A DNA stretch of 63,523 nucleotides, filler included, from Stramenopiles sp. TOSAG23-6 (lineage: Eukaryota), in assembly GCA_900128565.1 (NCBI GenBank). It is 14 parts of 14 records of this genome, joined end to end, with 100 filler letters (N's around TTAATTAATTAA, not from the genome) between each part and the next. Parts side by side here need not be neighbours in the genome. Positions count along the whole stretch, not along the records: positions 36,456 to 40,894 come from LT637170.1; positions 40,995 to 45,429 come from LT637171.1; positions 45,530 to 49,956 come from LT637172.1; 11 more parts are not named here. One strand, given 5' to 3'. Shown here in pieces: positions 36,456 to 49,899 of the stretch (position 1 is its first letter; the number at the start of each line of letters is the position of its first letter). The notes below the pieces were generated by a model, which was given only the letters and a program-made list of their open reading frames with translations, searched no databases and had not been told where the DNA came from. The position numbers and the translations under genes were made by a program.

Positions 36456-37316
36456 TGTATTTTGGAAAAATATTTCAAAAAAAAAAACTTAAATTTGTTA
36501 GGTACAAAATTTAGTACGAAAAAAAAACGAATTTGAAAAAAAATAAAACATACATGCCATTTCCATTGAAAAAAAACAATCTGCACGTTTTTGCTCTAAA
36601 ATTTCCATTCTACGTCGTAAACGGTCTCCTTTTCTTGTTAGTGCTTTCAGTTCACATATTGTGAAAAATATTTTTTTTGATTTACATTTTTTTGTTAGGT
36701 ACAAAATTTTCTTGTAAAAAACAAATTTAAATTAATAAACTCAATGAGGGTTAGGGTTACCGACATATTTCGACAATTCAAAATGTTCTTTGTGAAGCCT
36801 AGACTTTTCCTTTTCCAGAGAGTCCTTTCTACCACTCAATTGGGCAGAAAGTGTTTTAGTGAGTGTATCCTCTGCTGTTTGCATTCGTTTCACTCCATTC
36901 ATGTATTTTGGAAAAATATTTCAAAAAAAAATCATAAATAATTTGTTAGGTACAAAATTTTTATAAAAAAAAAAATTCGATTTTTTTGTTAAAAAAAAAA
37001 ATAAAACATACATACTGTTTAATAGAGTATTTTCTGCACGGCGGAGAATCTTCATTCGACTTTGGATGTCGACGTCAGCACTTTTTACTTGCATTTTCCA
37101 ACTATTCACTTCATGTTGTAATACAGACAATATATTATGAAAAAATATTTAAAAAAAAAAATCGTTAGGTACAAAATTTCGTACGAAAAAAAAAAAGAAT
37201 TTGAAAAAAAAATAAAACATACATGCCATTTCATCTTGTTTCAGGGACTTTTCACGTACAATCTCTGCAGCAAGTAAGGTACGAATTTGTTGTAAGTTAT
37301 TTTCTCTCTGTCGAGC
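36456..37316 (-). CDS. Short exons of a coiled-coil protein, probably a different gene from the adjacent CFAP47
   Basis: Four exons splice into one open frame (ARQRENNL.../LSVLQHEV.../MNGVKRMQ.../ELKALTRK...). Confidence 0.55.
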
Positions 37317-37427
37317 ATGTATTTTGGAAAAATATTTCAAAATTTTCTATAAAAAAAAAATTTGTTAGGTACAAAATGTACTATAAAAAAGGTAAGACAA
37401 AAAATTGAAAAAAAAAATTAAACATAC

Positions 37428-40400
37428 ATGAATTTGAACCTTCTAAAACAGCTCGATAGTGCATTGACTCTTTGGATGGGTTTCGGAGGACAATTTTCTT
37501 TGTTGTTGTATTTCCAAGCATACTTTTAAAGTATATTTTTGTTTTAGGTATATAATTAGGAAGCGTATTGTATAAAGACAGTAACAACAGGAGCATATCC
37601 AGTGGACTAGCATTAATTAAACTTTCCCTTGTTGGAATATATTCTAAATTCAGCGTATTTAAACCTATTAAAAAGGAATCCATATTTGTAGATTGTTGTT
37701 CATAAAAATTTGAAGAAATTTCTTTTTTAGATCTATTAGTAGTAGACATATTGTTATCCGTGGATGATCGTGTCGTTGCTCTATCAGGTTTAAGGATTAA
37801 TTCGGACATTGGTCCACCAAAATCACTTGAAAGATGAGGTGCGTGAGATAGTAATAATGAACACAGTAATACACCATCACTCAAATCTTCATCAAAGCTA
37901 ATTAAGCGCCGACGTGGTTGATCTGGATTAAACTTTGCAAAATGAAATTCAACCCACTTACATAATATATTTTCAGACAAGCTATATACATTACTCTGTG
38001 TCAGTGAAGAATCGATATTTTTCTTTTTCTTTTTTTTACCATTTTTCTTACTATTTTGAAGCATATTGATGGAATTGCTTTTAGATGATTTAGATGATGT
38101 CATCTTTTGTGTTGTGTCGTCCTCTTCGTTAGCAGTGTCACTGACACCCACTACACCAGGTAAGTTCTCGTATTGTTTCAAATGAATTCGTGATAGCATA
38201 AACACCTTGATAATCTGAAGTGAAATAGTTGTCCAAGCTTCGAGAGACTCTTTTTTATATTGTCCATCGATTTTCTTTTTCATTTCAATTGATTCTGGCG
38301 ATGATGTATCAGGAGAAACCTTTTCATTTTCAGCCAATAGATTCATGACATGACGAGTGTATAAGGATTTTGGTAATAACGCTTCAGGCTTAACAAAGTG
38401 TAATAAGGCACCGTACCCTTTCAGCATTGTAAGCAATGCATTATGTATTTTGGAAAAATATTTCAAAAAAATAAAAAAAAATTTGTTAGGTACAAAATTT
38501 ACTATAAAAAAAAAATTCGATTTTTTTTTTTTTCGGTAAATAAAAAAAAAAAAATAAAACATACATACTGTGCTAATAATTTCTCCAAGGCTTCGCGTTT
38601 CCTTTCAATGGTAAAATTTGGTTTCACTTTATTAGTCACATGCTTACCAGATAAAGATTCAACAATGTTTATGACAGGAATGCCATGCTCTGCAACAATG
38701 CCATCTGGAAATTCAGAAATTGATTTTTGAAAAATATTTTGATTCATCCATTTTAACAAAAAAATTGTTCTTTGATTATTCCATTCAGCATTTGCTTTCT
38801 CTACCAAAACACTATTTTGTTTTTGTAGACTTTTTTGATTTTTTGGACTTTTTTGGATGTTTTGGATCTTTTTGATCTTTTTGATCTTTTTGATGTTTTG
38901 GACTTTTTTGATGTTTTGGACTTTTTTGGTTTTTACTTTTTGTATTTTTCCGTGTCTCCTCCAAACTAGAATTTTGTTGAATAAATTGTATTGCGCTAGT
39001 TGATGACTGTGCACTAAACATCCATGGCTTGTCAACATTTCCATCATTTCGTGCATTCCTCACAAATTGGTAATTACTGAGAACAGAGTTATCTGAAACA
39101 CCTGAAATATTAATAGAAAACCGGTTTCCTTCAGTATCCAAAAAATCAACTCGCGCAGTGAATGATAGAGATGTTTTTGATGAAAATGTGACTTTGACTG
39201 GAAATTTTTTCCTTGTTAAACCTACAAGTTTTCCTTCTGGAAAATCTAATTTAATTGGCATTCTTTCATTATCATTTGGTAAATGATATTTTACATCAAG
39301 GTTTTCATATCCAGCATTAAGCACATAAAAGGTTGCTGAAGTTTTCACACCTAATGGTACCGGTGGTAATAACACTTCATCAACATCAAACTCCAATCGT
39401 GGAAAAATCCCACCACCTCGTATATTCAATTCCAAATATGGTCTATCTTTATTTCCGTCAAGAAACACGGGAACAGTATTTTGACATGAAATAGCTCCTT
39501 CAGGTAAGAATGTGATTCGAACTTTACTTGTTGAATCAGGTTCTAAGTGACCATTGGCAGGATCGATCGAAAATGGAGATTTTTGAGATGAATTTCTTCT
39601 ACTCATTAATCCACTCAGTATTGGATTAGGACCTTTTAAATTTGTTTGATCCAATTCCCAACTTAATTTACTTTCAGATGCATTTGTTATGGTAAAATTG
39701 AGGTGGTGCGGTACATGTATTTTGGAAAAATATTTCAAAATGTTTTTTGTTAGGTATGAAATTTCATAGTAAAATACAAAAAAAAAAAAAAATTCAATTT
39801 CAAATTTAAAAAAAAAAAATAAAACATACTTTTTTCATCGGATCTCTAGAGACAACCATCTTTCCAAAATCGACACTAGATGATGACAGAACAATACGTG
39901 GACTTACCCCAGACGCAACTACAACTCTTCTAAGCGATGCTGCGTCTTTTATTCCTACAAAGGTGAGTGGCAATTCAAAAGAGTGTTTGTTTTCGTTTTC
40001 AGGTTTATATAAGATGTCTAACATTAAAGGCATTCCAGGGCGTACTGTTAGCTTAAATTGTCTTGGTCTATGTGTATCTTCATTATTATCACCACCATTG
40101 CTCTCGCCATCCTTCTCGTGAATCGAATCATCAATAGCAGTTAAAACACTCATAGTGGTAGTTGGCCGACCATCAAGACCAAGAGGTGCTGGTGCTTGCG
40201 TAATTGAAAATTCTGGAAATTTAGTCAAATTAATAAGCATTGCCGCTGGAATATTTCCATTATTTAATAATGTTAGTCTTTGTCCAACTGAAGCCCCGAG
40301 GGCTACATCTCCAAAATCAAATTCATCTTCTTGAATTCGTACTTTAGGTACCACTGCATTTGCATTTATACCTAATTTACGGGGAAGTCCACATCGTACA

Positions 40401-40894
40401 TTCACTACAATTAATGATGTTTTTGCATCATACACCCTCGGTTTTAATGCTTCCAAGGTAATAGTCAAGTCTTGTGTTCCACCTGGTAATAACCGGCCTT
40501 TCTCAGGACTACACGAAATCCCAGGAATGACAGAAGATATCCAAAACACAGCTGGAGATTTCCCAATATTTCGCATTGTTATATTTTTTTGATGTGTCAA
40601 GCCTACTGCAACTTCATCGAAATTTATTGTAGAAACTTTTTGTTTAAATCCGATTCGAGCTTCTTCCAGGACACCTCTACAAAATAAACTTTGTGATTTG
40701 CCACCTGAAATTTTCAATTCAAGAGAATCTTCCGCTTTGCCCTTTAATCGAGGGGTAAAAGTGACCCCGACATCTATGTATTTTGGGAAAATATTTCAAA
40801 ATTTTTTTACAAAAAAAAAATGTTAGGTACAAAATTTCGTACGAAAAAAAAAACTCGAATTTGAAAAAAAAAAAAAACATACATTTCTTCAAGC
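37428..40894 (-). CDS. CFAP47: CFAP47-like ciliary protein (ASH/Ig-like domains plus calponin-homology domains), internal exons; apparent +1 frameshift near 38855
   Basis: Repeated FG.V...L.N.G Ig-like units and SNVYSLSENIL..W...FDEDLSDG.LL..LL..HAP CH domain. Confidence 0.75.
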
Positions 40895-40994
40895 NNNNNN
40901 NNNNNNNNNNNNNNNNNNNNNNNNNNNNNNNNNNNNNNTTAATTAATTAANNNNNNNNNNNNNNNNNNNNNNNNNNNNNNNNNNNNNNNNNNNN

Positions 40995-42239
40995 GATTGT
41001 GCTTCAATTACAGTCATTCCAAATGTTTCACCAAACCTTGAGTTAATATATACGTCAAATGTTGATATAACATGATGTACATCTTCACGATTTAAAAAAC
41101 CTGGCATTCTGAGAATTTTATTATTTTTTTTAAATGCATTATTGAATGATTCATTATCATACGGAAATGATTCTTCCAACACAGTAAAGTTAAATGATTT
41201 TGCTAAATCTTGGATACCTGAAGATAAAGGACCACTACCAGCAAATGTAAACTCGATTTGTCGGTGTTTTGGTATTTCAAAATAATTGTCCAACAAAATT
41301 TCTTTTTGTTTTGTTGTTGTTGGAGGTTCAGGATTTAACCAAATTGGCCATGTAATATTTTCAAACCCTGGAGAAGTCATTTTTTGTAAAAGTTCTTCTA
41401 TTTTTTTAATAACATGAATAAATATCCCTGGTGATCGTTCACATGCATGGCGTGCTGCCATACCTATTCGAATAACATCAATGTCATTATTTTCTTTTTG
41501 ATTTTCGTTTTGATTTTCTATTAGATTTTTTGCTACACATTCTGACGGTAAGGAGTCAACAATTGATGGTGAAATGATCTTCATCACAGTTCCAGTATTT
41601 TTTGTCTTAGATTGAATTAGATTGGCAATGATTTTATTACTGACTCGGTGATACCTTGCAACAAATGGAGATGGTACAACAACGGCTGTGATATACATTG
41701 CCCAAATATCATGAGTAAATTGAATATTTGGCATTTCAAGAATTCGACAAATAGTGTGAAAAAATAAGAAATCACAAAAAAAAATGTTAGGTACGAAATT
41801 TCGTATGAAAAAAAAAATTGAAAAAAAAATAAAACATACATGGTATTCCTACCATACTTGCAATTAATAAAATTGTTGAAGTTCGTGGACCTTGTGCGGG
41901 GATACTGACAATATCAAACCGATGTATTTGAGATGCAAAATTATGAAAATTTTGCCAAGTTTTTATTGAAAATCCAAAATCAGACGCTTCCTGTCTGTGG
42001 AGTGAAACAATATATATATTTTTTTTTAGTAAATTTTTTTGTGTTAGGTACAAAATTGTATACAAAAAAAAAATTAAAAAAATCAAAAAAAAAAAATCAA
42101 AAAAAAAAAACAAAAGTAGGGTTAGGGTTATAGTATACTCTGAAGTTGGCCAACAACTAAATTCTTTTTTTTGTGAATTTTTATGTGAGGTATTTGGAAT
42201 ATTATTATATCTACATTGATTATTTTTATTCCAAATTCT
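40995..42239 (-). CDS. GT-B glycosyltransferase (GT4-like), internal exons
   Basis: RHACERSPG, FAGSGPL, PGFL.RE.V, DVYINS..ETFGMTVIEA. Confidence 0.7.
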
Positions 42240-42342
42240 ATGTATTTTGGAAAAATATTTCAAAAAAAAAGTAAAATTTGTTAGGTACAAAATTTCGTAC
42301 GAAAAAAAAATTCGAATTTGAAAAAAAATAAAACGTACATAC

Positions 42343-43011
42343 AAATGCAAGAGATTTACGTTTCTGCAACCGTACCTTCTTTTGTACATCTGGTGGAGTA
42401 ACTTTACCAACTTTAGCGCTATTATTACTATTATTACTATTTTTGGTGAAAGAACTGTATTGTGATTTTGAAGGACGTCTGACACAACAGTACTTTCCTA
42501 CACGAGAGGCTTCTTTCGCTTCTTCAAAAGAAACTGTTGTACAATCTAAGTGCTCCAAATTGGGTAGACACGAAATAACATATAAGCGGTATCTTCGGTT
42601 TGCAGCGGAGTTATCACTAGATATATCGTTATATCCTGGACAAGCCGGATTTCTCATGAGACTAAGCGTAGTCAAGTGGGGGAAACATCGGGACACATTC
42701 TCAATGAAAGCAGGCAAATCAGAAATTTTATTGTTGTTACACCAAAGTGTATGAATCGAATTCATCTTTGGCATGTCATTTGGTATTTCTTGTAATCCAT
42801 TCTTATCAAGGATTAGAGTGGTTAAGCATTCGAGTGTACTCAGTGAGTAACATGAACGAATTTCATTTGAACTAATGTTTAGTGTAGTCACAGACTTTGC
42901 AACTTTAGAATTAGGAGCAGATGGCACAGATTTTAGTCCTTTCTCAACAAGGAGTAAAGCACCTCCAGGTTTCAAACTGTTACTGTCCCAGGTTCCCGTA
43001 CTTTTTATCAT
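42343..43011 (-). CDS. Leucine-rich repeat protein (LRMDA/C10orf11-like), first exon
   Basis: LRRs, TLILDKN, LWCNNNKI, LSLMRNPACP, RYRLYVI..LP.L..LD LRR-cap. Confidence 0.75.
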
Positions 43012-43375
43012 TATCGGTTCTTAGAACCAAAATGTCACACTAAACTTCACAGAGAATTCAGGAAAATGGATTTGACACAAAGTAATTAAGTGTCCCCTCT
43101 CTACTCTATAAATTATAAACAGCTGCCGAGAATCAGAATCTTTTACTTTTTTTTTTGGATATTTTTTGTGTCAGTTTTCATTTTTTTTTTGTTGAAAACT
43201 CCTAACCCGAACCCTAACTAACATTTCAAACAAGTAATTTTTTCGAGTTTTTTTTTAGCTAACTTTTTCCAAGTAATCTTTCAAGTAAATCTTTCAAGGA
43301 AATCTTTCAACTAAAATTTTCTCAAGTAAAATTTTCTCATGTAAATTTTTCAAGTAACAGTCTCAGAGTAAAAAA

Positions 43376-43925
43376 CTATTCTATTTTCTTATTTTTGCCG
43401 TCTCTTCCATCTATCGAACTTGGCGCAACAATGATGTATGTATTTTGGGAAAATATTTCAATAAAAAACCCGTTAGGTACAAAATTCCGTACGAAAAAAA
43501 CATCATACAAAAAAACAAAAATAAAACATACATACACCACAAACAATAAAAATCGCTCCAACGCACCACTGGAATCCCAGACGCTCATTAAATAATAAAC
43601 AACCAAAACAACCACTGGCAAGAAAATTAGTGGAATTACTTAATACCGTAGCTACTGTAGTACCACATTCATGCATACTTTTTACAAATAAACTTATCAT
43701 TAAACCATTAGCAACTATCATTATACATAAAAACGCAAGTCTTACGATCCAAGTTGCGGAATGACATAAAAATGGTGATGGAGACTCCATTTGTAAACAC
43801 TGTGTGTCAATTGTAGTTACAACAAACGTCGAACTGTCAGATGCAAGCTTTCCACAAGCACCAGCCAATGCTGCAACAAGCCCACTAATGAAAGCAGAAT
43901 AATATCCGCCTAAAGTCAAATTCAT
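43376..43925 (-). CDS. TMEM42-like small multi-pass membrane protein, intron 43438-43531
   Basis: SG..AALA...GKLA, N..M..LF.KS, AT......NF..SG..G..LF.E; splicing gives CGVYIIVA. Confidence 0.7.
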
Positions 43926-44245
43926 TGGAAAACTTTCAGGGAAAAAGGCGAGACGTGGTTATAAAACCCTGATGAAGATATGGTTATGAAACTCTGATGA
44001 AGAACTGAAGAAATAATATTATTATATTATAATGATTTTGATTCTGATCTTATATATATTCCATTATAATATTCGGTTGCTTTGGCCAATTCTTGCTTTT
44101 TGTCCACCGAGTCAGCACACGGCACACGAAATCACAAAACGAAAAATGAAGCTTTGTTTGTTTGCAATCGAATCTCTCAGCAAGTTGCTGCACAACAGGA
44201 ACTGGATCACTCACTTCAGGATCTGGAGTGTCTTTTCTGGAAAGA

Positions 44246-45301
44246 ATGTTTTCTTTCATTTATGATACACCTTTGGGTAACTGGATTGCACCACCATATG
44301 ATGCTGCTGATGGGCTCTTTGAAGCTGTGTTTGAAGGTGACGAAGAATCAGTCCACGAAGCGTTAGTTGCGGAAGCAGATCCAAATTGTACGAATGAATA
44401 TGGAAATAAGCCTCTTCACGTGGCTGCTTATCATGGGAATACCGCAATAATGGGTTTATTGATAAATGCTGGAGCAAATGTTAATGCAAAGGGTCGATCA
44501 GGCCAAACTCCCCTTCATTTTGCTGCGAGGCAAGGCCATGTTGTTGCAGTAGATTTACTTATCGACAACGGAGCTTCGACTAACGATATGTCTGATCTGG
44601 GCTACGGTGCCCTTCATTTCGCCTCTTTTAACGGTCATCATGAAGTCTTAGTACCATTATTGATTGCAGGTGCAGACATCAATAAGTGTGGTAAAGATGG
44701 TGCAACGCCATTACATTGGGCTTCTCATGAGGGCCATTTAATGTGTGTAAATATTTTACTACACAAGAATGCGGACACATCCATCAAGGATAAAAAAGGG
44801 AAAACAGCGGCACAAGTATGTGGTGATTTGAATAATAAAAAGTTCGAAGATATAATGGAGGCATTCAAAGGTCATCCTGGGTATATCTCAATGGAAGACC
44901 GGAAAAAAATGATTGATCCACAAGGTAGAGCGGTAGCTGAAAAAGTTCCTTCAGAAGATGCCACAAACAATGAACCACGCAAACAACACGTAAACGGTGT
45001 TCCCTCTGAAAATGCCACGAGCACTGAGCAGCAAGTAAAAAATGTAGCTACTGTTACTCCTGCGGTGAATAACACTTCAGAAGACACAACCAAAAGTGTA
45101 GATAATATAGAAAATATCCCTTTAAAAACAGAAAAAGACGAACGGGATGTCGAACAGGAAGTCGAAGCTCCTTCACTAATGCCAACAGCTGTAAGCAACT
45201 CTAATATCAAAATTCCAAACCCTCAACCACCAGTTCCTCCGTCTGATAGTACACCGGATTCAAATACTTTAGTCTCTGCGACTAGCGGGCCCGACCTTTA
45301 A
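44246..45301 (+). CDS. Ankyrin-repeat protein with low-complexity C-terminus
   Basis: PLHVAA, TPLHFAA, ALHFAS and TPLHWAS repeats. Confidence 0.9.
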   Translation: MFSFIYDTPLGNWIAPPYDAADGLFEAVFEGDEESVHEALVAEADPNCTNEYGNKPLHVAAYHGNTAIMGLLINAGANVNAKGRSGQTPLHFAARQGHVVAVDLLIDNGASTNDMSDLGYGALHFASFNGHHEVLVPLLIAGADINKCGKDGATPLHWASHEGHLMCVNILLHKNADTSIKDKKGKTAAQVCGDLNNKKFEDIMEAFKGHPGYISMEDRKKMIDPQGRAVAEKVPSEDATNNEPRKQHVNGVPSENATSTEQQVKNVATVTPAVNNTSEDTTKSVDNIENIPLKTEKDERDVEQEVEAPSLMPTAVSNSNIKIPNPQPPVPPSDSTPDSNTLVSATSGPDL

Positions 45302-45583
45302 CGTAAAGAAAAAACTAATAGGTTACATCTGTATTTATTTTGGGTTAGGGATACATATAAAAATGTTTTTAAATTCTTTTTTTTTTTTTTTTTTTTTTTC
45401 AGAGAGTTATATATATCCTTAATGACTTTNNNNNNNNNNNNNNNNNNNNNNNNNNNNNNNNNNNNNNNNNNNNTTAATTAATTAANNNNNNNNNNNNNNN
45501 NNNNNNNNNNNNNNNNNNNNNNNNNNNNNTACGAAATTTTGTACCTAACAAAAAACAATTTGAAATATTTTTACAAAATACAT

Positions 45584-48500
45584 GAATTGGATGATTTATT
45601 TGATATCAGTAGCTTTCTTGAATTTAAACAAAAGCAGCAAATATTTTCTTGTGGTCAAAATTCAGATTCTACAATAATTCATGAATATAATAATACTAAC
45701 TCACCTCAAGTGATGAAACAAAAACAACAAAATTTATTTGGACATTTCGGTAAAAAAAACAATTATTCGTACGGACCTGTTTTGCAAAAAATTGTACTTA
45801 CACAAATGTTTTACACATTTATTGAAGAAAGTATGTCTCATTCAGCACATCGAGATTTTCAAGTCCTTTTTTTTGATAATTGTATAACTGCTTTAAATGA
45901 TGTAAGAGGTGGACTTTTAATATCTCTTCCTGGTCAATCTCCAATACGAAGATTATCGAGTAATTCAAGTTCAATAAGTTCAATAAGTTCATCAAATAGT
46001 TTGGATAATCGCGTGGCCGACAATATAACTACTCCAACTAAAAATACTACTACAAAAAAAACAATAAAAACAAAAAAAACAATAAAAAAGTACATAGTAC
46101 TCCATAAACGTGTCCACTACTTTGATTTCCCCCGTGGTAGTAAAATCAAATTAAATGTTGATTTTGTTGAAAAGGGCGATTTTGTACATGCATTGCGTGA
46201 AGATAAAAGCGGGCATTGGATTTGTACTCAGGAAAAAACAAAAAATAGTGATGAAAAATGGTTGCCATTAAAATTGAAAGGCTATGGTAATCTCTTGAAA
46301 ATAGTGGATAATAATGTCATTTCTCTTACTGGCGATTCTTCTCCCCCAAGTCCGCCCAATTGTAATGTATGTTTTATATTTTTTCAATTTCGAATTTATT
46401 TTTCATACGAAATTTTGTACGTAACAATTGTTTTTGAAATATTTTTCCAAAATACATGATACACAGAAAACACCTGTGGTTCAAAAAAGTTCTCGAAATA
46501 TGTTTTCAATTAATTCTTTAAAGTCAATCAAATCAATGCGAAACATTAAGAAATCATTATCTATGATGCCATCTATTTCTTCTTCATTAAGTTTTGTCAG
46601 CAAAAGCACGTCAAGCAATCCCGTAGTGAATGTTTTACCAGAGGATGCACTTGGACTGGGTATATCTCATACATCAACAAAATTGGGTACAAAATTTGGC
46701 AGTATTAAAAAAAGTAATGGTCAAAAGTCCAATACAATTCGTCAAAATAATAGACATACCACTAGTACAATTGTGTATTTTGCACCATCAAAACTAGTTG
46801 ATATAAGTCCTGCAAATATGACAGAGCTTCTATCACCTATAAAGATAAAACCAAACAGTAATATAGTAAATTCCCCTGCAATGACACCACTTGACAAGTA
46901 TATAAGAAATACAGTTGATAATGTACCTGATAATGATGAATTGAATAGATCTAATAAACCACGTGTAGATGAAATTTCAAGGCCCAAATGTTTGGCTTCA
47001 ATGCCTTCTTTAGATACAAGAATATCAACAGTAAAGCCATTGAATCAAACATGGGAATATCCATCATGGCCTAAATTAAAACCTGCTCTATTTGGACCAC
47101 AAAGACGTCATCGGGGCAACGTTGAACGGCGTAGTAATATTCGAAGGTTGCTTGCTGTTAGAACAATCAATGAAACTTTAATTTGTCGTAATAAACTTCG
47201 CGCGGCTGTGGACTTAGGAGAAAATGGGAAATTAGAAGCTTCTGCAACTGCAAAAGTTCGAGTTTTATTGTCTGAAATATATGGTGCTTGGATGTTATTT
47301 GTACCTGCATTAGTATCAAATAGTCAACGTCGATTAGACACAATGGAAATCGCTTTGTCAGTATTAAATAGAGCTCATGCGAATGGTGTGGTTTTAGGTC
47401 AAGCTTCATATCGCGCCTTGATTATTGCAAGTGGTGCTTGTGGTGTCCATGCTCGAGGTATAGCTAATGAAGTGTTTACTAGAATGTGTGAAGTTGGAGT
47501 CATACCCAATGCGCTTACGTACGGACAATATCAAGCATCTCTAGGTGTCGCAATTTCTCTCTCTCCATGGACGCCTCGTGGAAGAAAAATGTCAACTTTA
47601 AGTAGGCCATCCAGTGTACGTTCGGTAAAGAATTTAAGTAGACAATCAAGTTTACATTCGATCAATAATGGTACAAGCAAAAAACATCAAATGACAAGTT
47701 TTACTAAATCTGTTTCTTTCAATACAGATGTAAATGAAAATTCTACTACAAATTCTCCTGTTCAAAATGTTGAAAATGTTGAAAATTCTTCTACAAATTC
47801 TCCTGTTCAAAATGTTGAAAATTCTTCTACAAATTCTCCTGTCCACCAATTAAACATGTCTGATTTAGGTTTAGATGATAAAAATAGTACAAGTATAACT
47901 AAATATGATGATGCATCTACTCCAATAAAGAATAATTCAGCAATTATTGACTCCAAGAGGAGGCGCGTAGGTTATTTTTCCTAGAAATATTTTCAATTTC
48001 GAATTTATTTTTTCGTACGAAATGTTATACCTAACAAATTTTTTTAGATTTTTCCTAGAAATATTTTTGCCTTAACTTGTTTTCGTAGTAAATTTTGAAC
48101 CTAACATTTTTTATTACTAAAAAATTATTTTCCCAAATTACATAATACAAGGGCTGTTCTTGGACAATCACAAAGTAATGATATAAACGAGAACATGTAT
48201 GTTTTTTTTTTTTTTTTAAACAAAAAAATCGATTTTCTTTTTCGTACGAAATTTTGTACCTAACATTTTTTTTTTTTTTTGAAATATTTTTCCAACTACA
48301 TAAGTCGACGAAGGTTTGCGCGTTGTGCCTCTCTTGCCGCGTCTACAAATAGTAGTCGCCAAGGGTCAGCAATTACATCAAATATAAAGAAAAGTGATGT
48401 ACGTTTTGATGATGAATTTCAAATTTATTTATTTTTTCATATGAAATTCCGTACCTAACAATTTTTTTTACTAAAAAAAATATATATTCTTTACAATACA

Positions 48501-49899
48501 TATATGCAATAGTAATACTGAATCCTCACTTTATACCTTTCAAAATAGTTTGCCCACTATTGCAATGTGGAGCCGAACGTGTCTATCTTCTGAAACAAAA
48601 AAAAATGAGATATCTCCTAAACATTCGTCAGGCTTAGGGTTTGATGAAAAATATTCTGGATTTGCTCCATTAGATGAAGAAGTTTTAGCAGCATGGGCAT
48701 CTGGTCTAGAAAACTTCAATTATCCATTAGCTTGTGGATACACAGAATTCGTAGACAAACATGAAGAATTTTCTTTCATACCAAAACTTCATTACGAATG
48801 GTATCAGCAAAGTTGTGTGAACCCTAACCCTACTATTGAATCTGGTGTATTGCAAAAGAAACAGCATTTATCAGCAGCTGTATCTGCACCTGACGTTTTA
48901 AGTACAAGCAAAAATACTCATGTACTTTTTTAATTTTCATTTTTTGTTTTGTTTTGTTTTGTTTTTTTCGTACGAAATATTGTACCTAACGATTTTTTAC
49001 ACTTTGGAAAACTTTTTACCGATATATTTACCCGTACGATCAAGAAGAAGATCAAAGACGAAAACTCTAAATGGTAGAAAAGAAAGAGGTTGTGGTGCTG
49101 TATCATACTTGTCTCCAATGGTAGGTTTTATTTTTTTAATTTCGAATATTTTTTTTTTTTTATACGAAATTCTGTACCTAACAAAAAAATATATTTTTTT
49201 TTTCACAATACAGGTATGTTTATTTTTTTCAATTTGGAATTTATTATTTTCATACGAAATTCTGTACCTAACAAAAAAATATATTTTTTTTTTCACAATA
49301 CAGGTATTACGCAATCGACTTGAGGAAATCATTCAACGTCCTGGAGGCATTGGCGATTCACTAACAGTGGATATGGATGTTTTATTTTTTTTTTTTACAA
49401 AAAAATCGAATTATTTTTTCGTACGAAATTTTGTACCTAACGAATTTTTTTAGATTTTTTTTCAAATATTTTTACAAAATACATGGATTTGCTTGAATCT
49501 ACTGATGATACTCATTCAAACACTTTTGATTCTTTATCTAGTAAATTTAAATTTGATACAAATGCAGACATGTATATTTTATTTATTTTTTTAACAAAAA
49601 AATCGAATTTATTTTTTTATAGGAAATTTTGTACCTAACATATTAAATTTTTTTTTTGAAATATTTTTCCAAAATACATATATTGGAATATGTTATGGTA
49701 TTGTACTCGTCTTCGATTGCCTATGCCATTGCAAATGGAATATGGTGGAAATAATTCGATAAAAATTGAATTTTCTAGTGAAAATCCTCGCATAAGAATT
49801 GGATGGAATTATCCTGGAATGAGTCGAGATACCAGAAATAAGTATGACACAACAAGTGATACTACTAAACTAAATACTTCAAATGGTCTTGGATTAAAT
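45584..49899 (+). CDS. DENND4-like protein (end of DENN domain, PPR-like repeats, conserved C-terminal block), many element introns, partial
   Basis: TQMF..FIEE...LFFD.CI; SYRALI..G...A..VF..M...GV.PNALTYG.Y; DEEVLAAW; YLSPM-VLRNRLE; YWNMLWY..RL.LP. Confidence 0.75.
49121..49303 (+). mobile_element. Two abutting elements (49121-49213, 49214-49303), both GT...AG
   Basis: ATG|GTAGGT...AATACAG|GTATGT...AATACAG|GTA; the 3' halves are identical. Confidence 0.8.

Noticed and set aside
36456-37430. Repeat-spacer-repeat pattern resembling a CRISPR array
   Set aside because: Repeats are long and variable, the spacers are in-frame exons, the context is eukaryotic and there are no cas genes.
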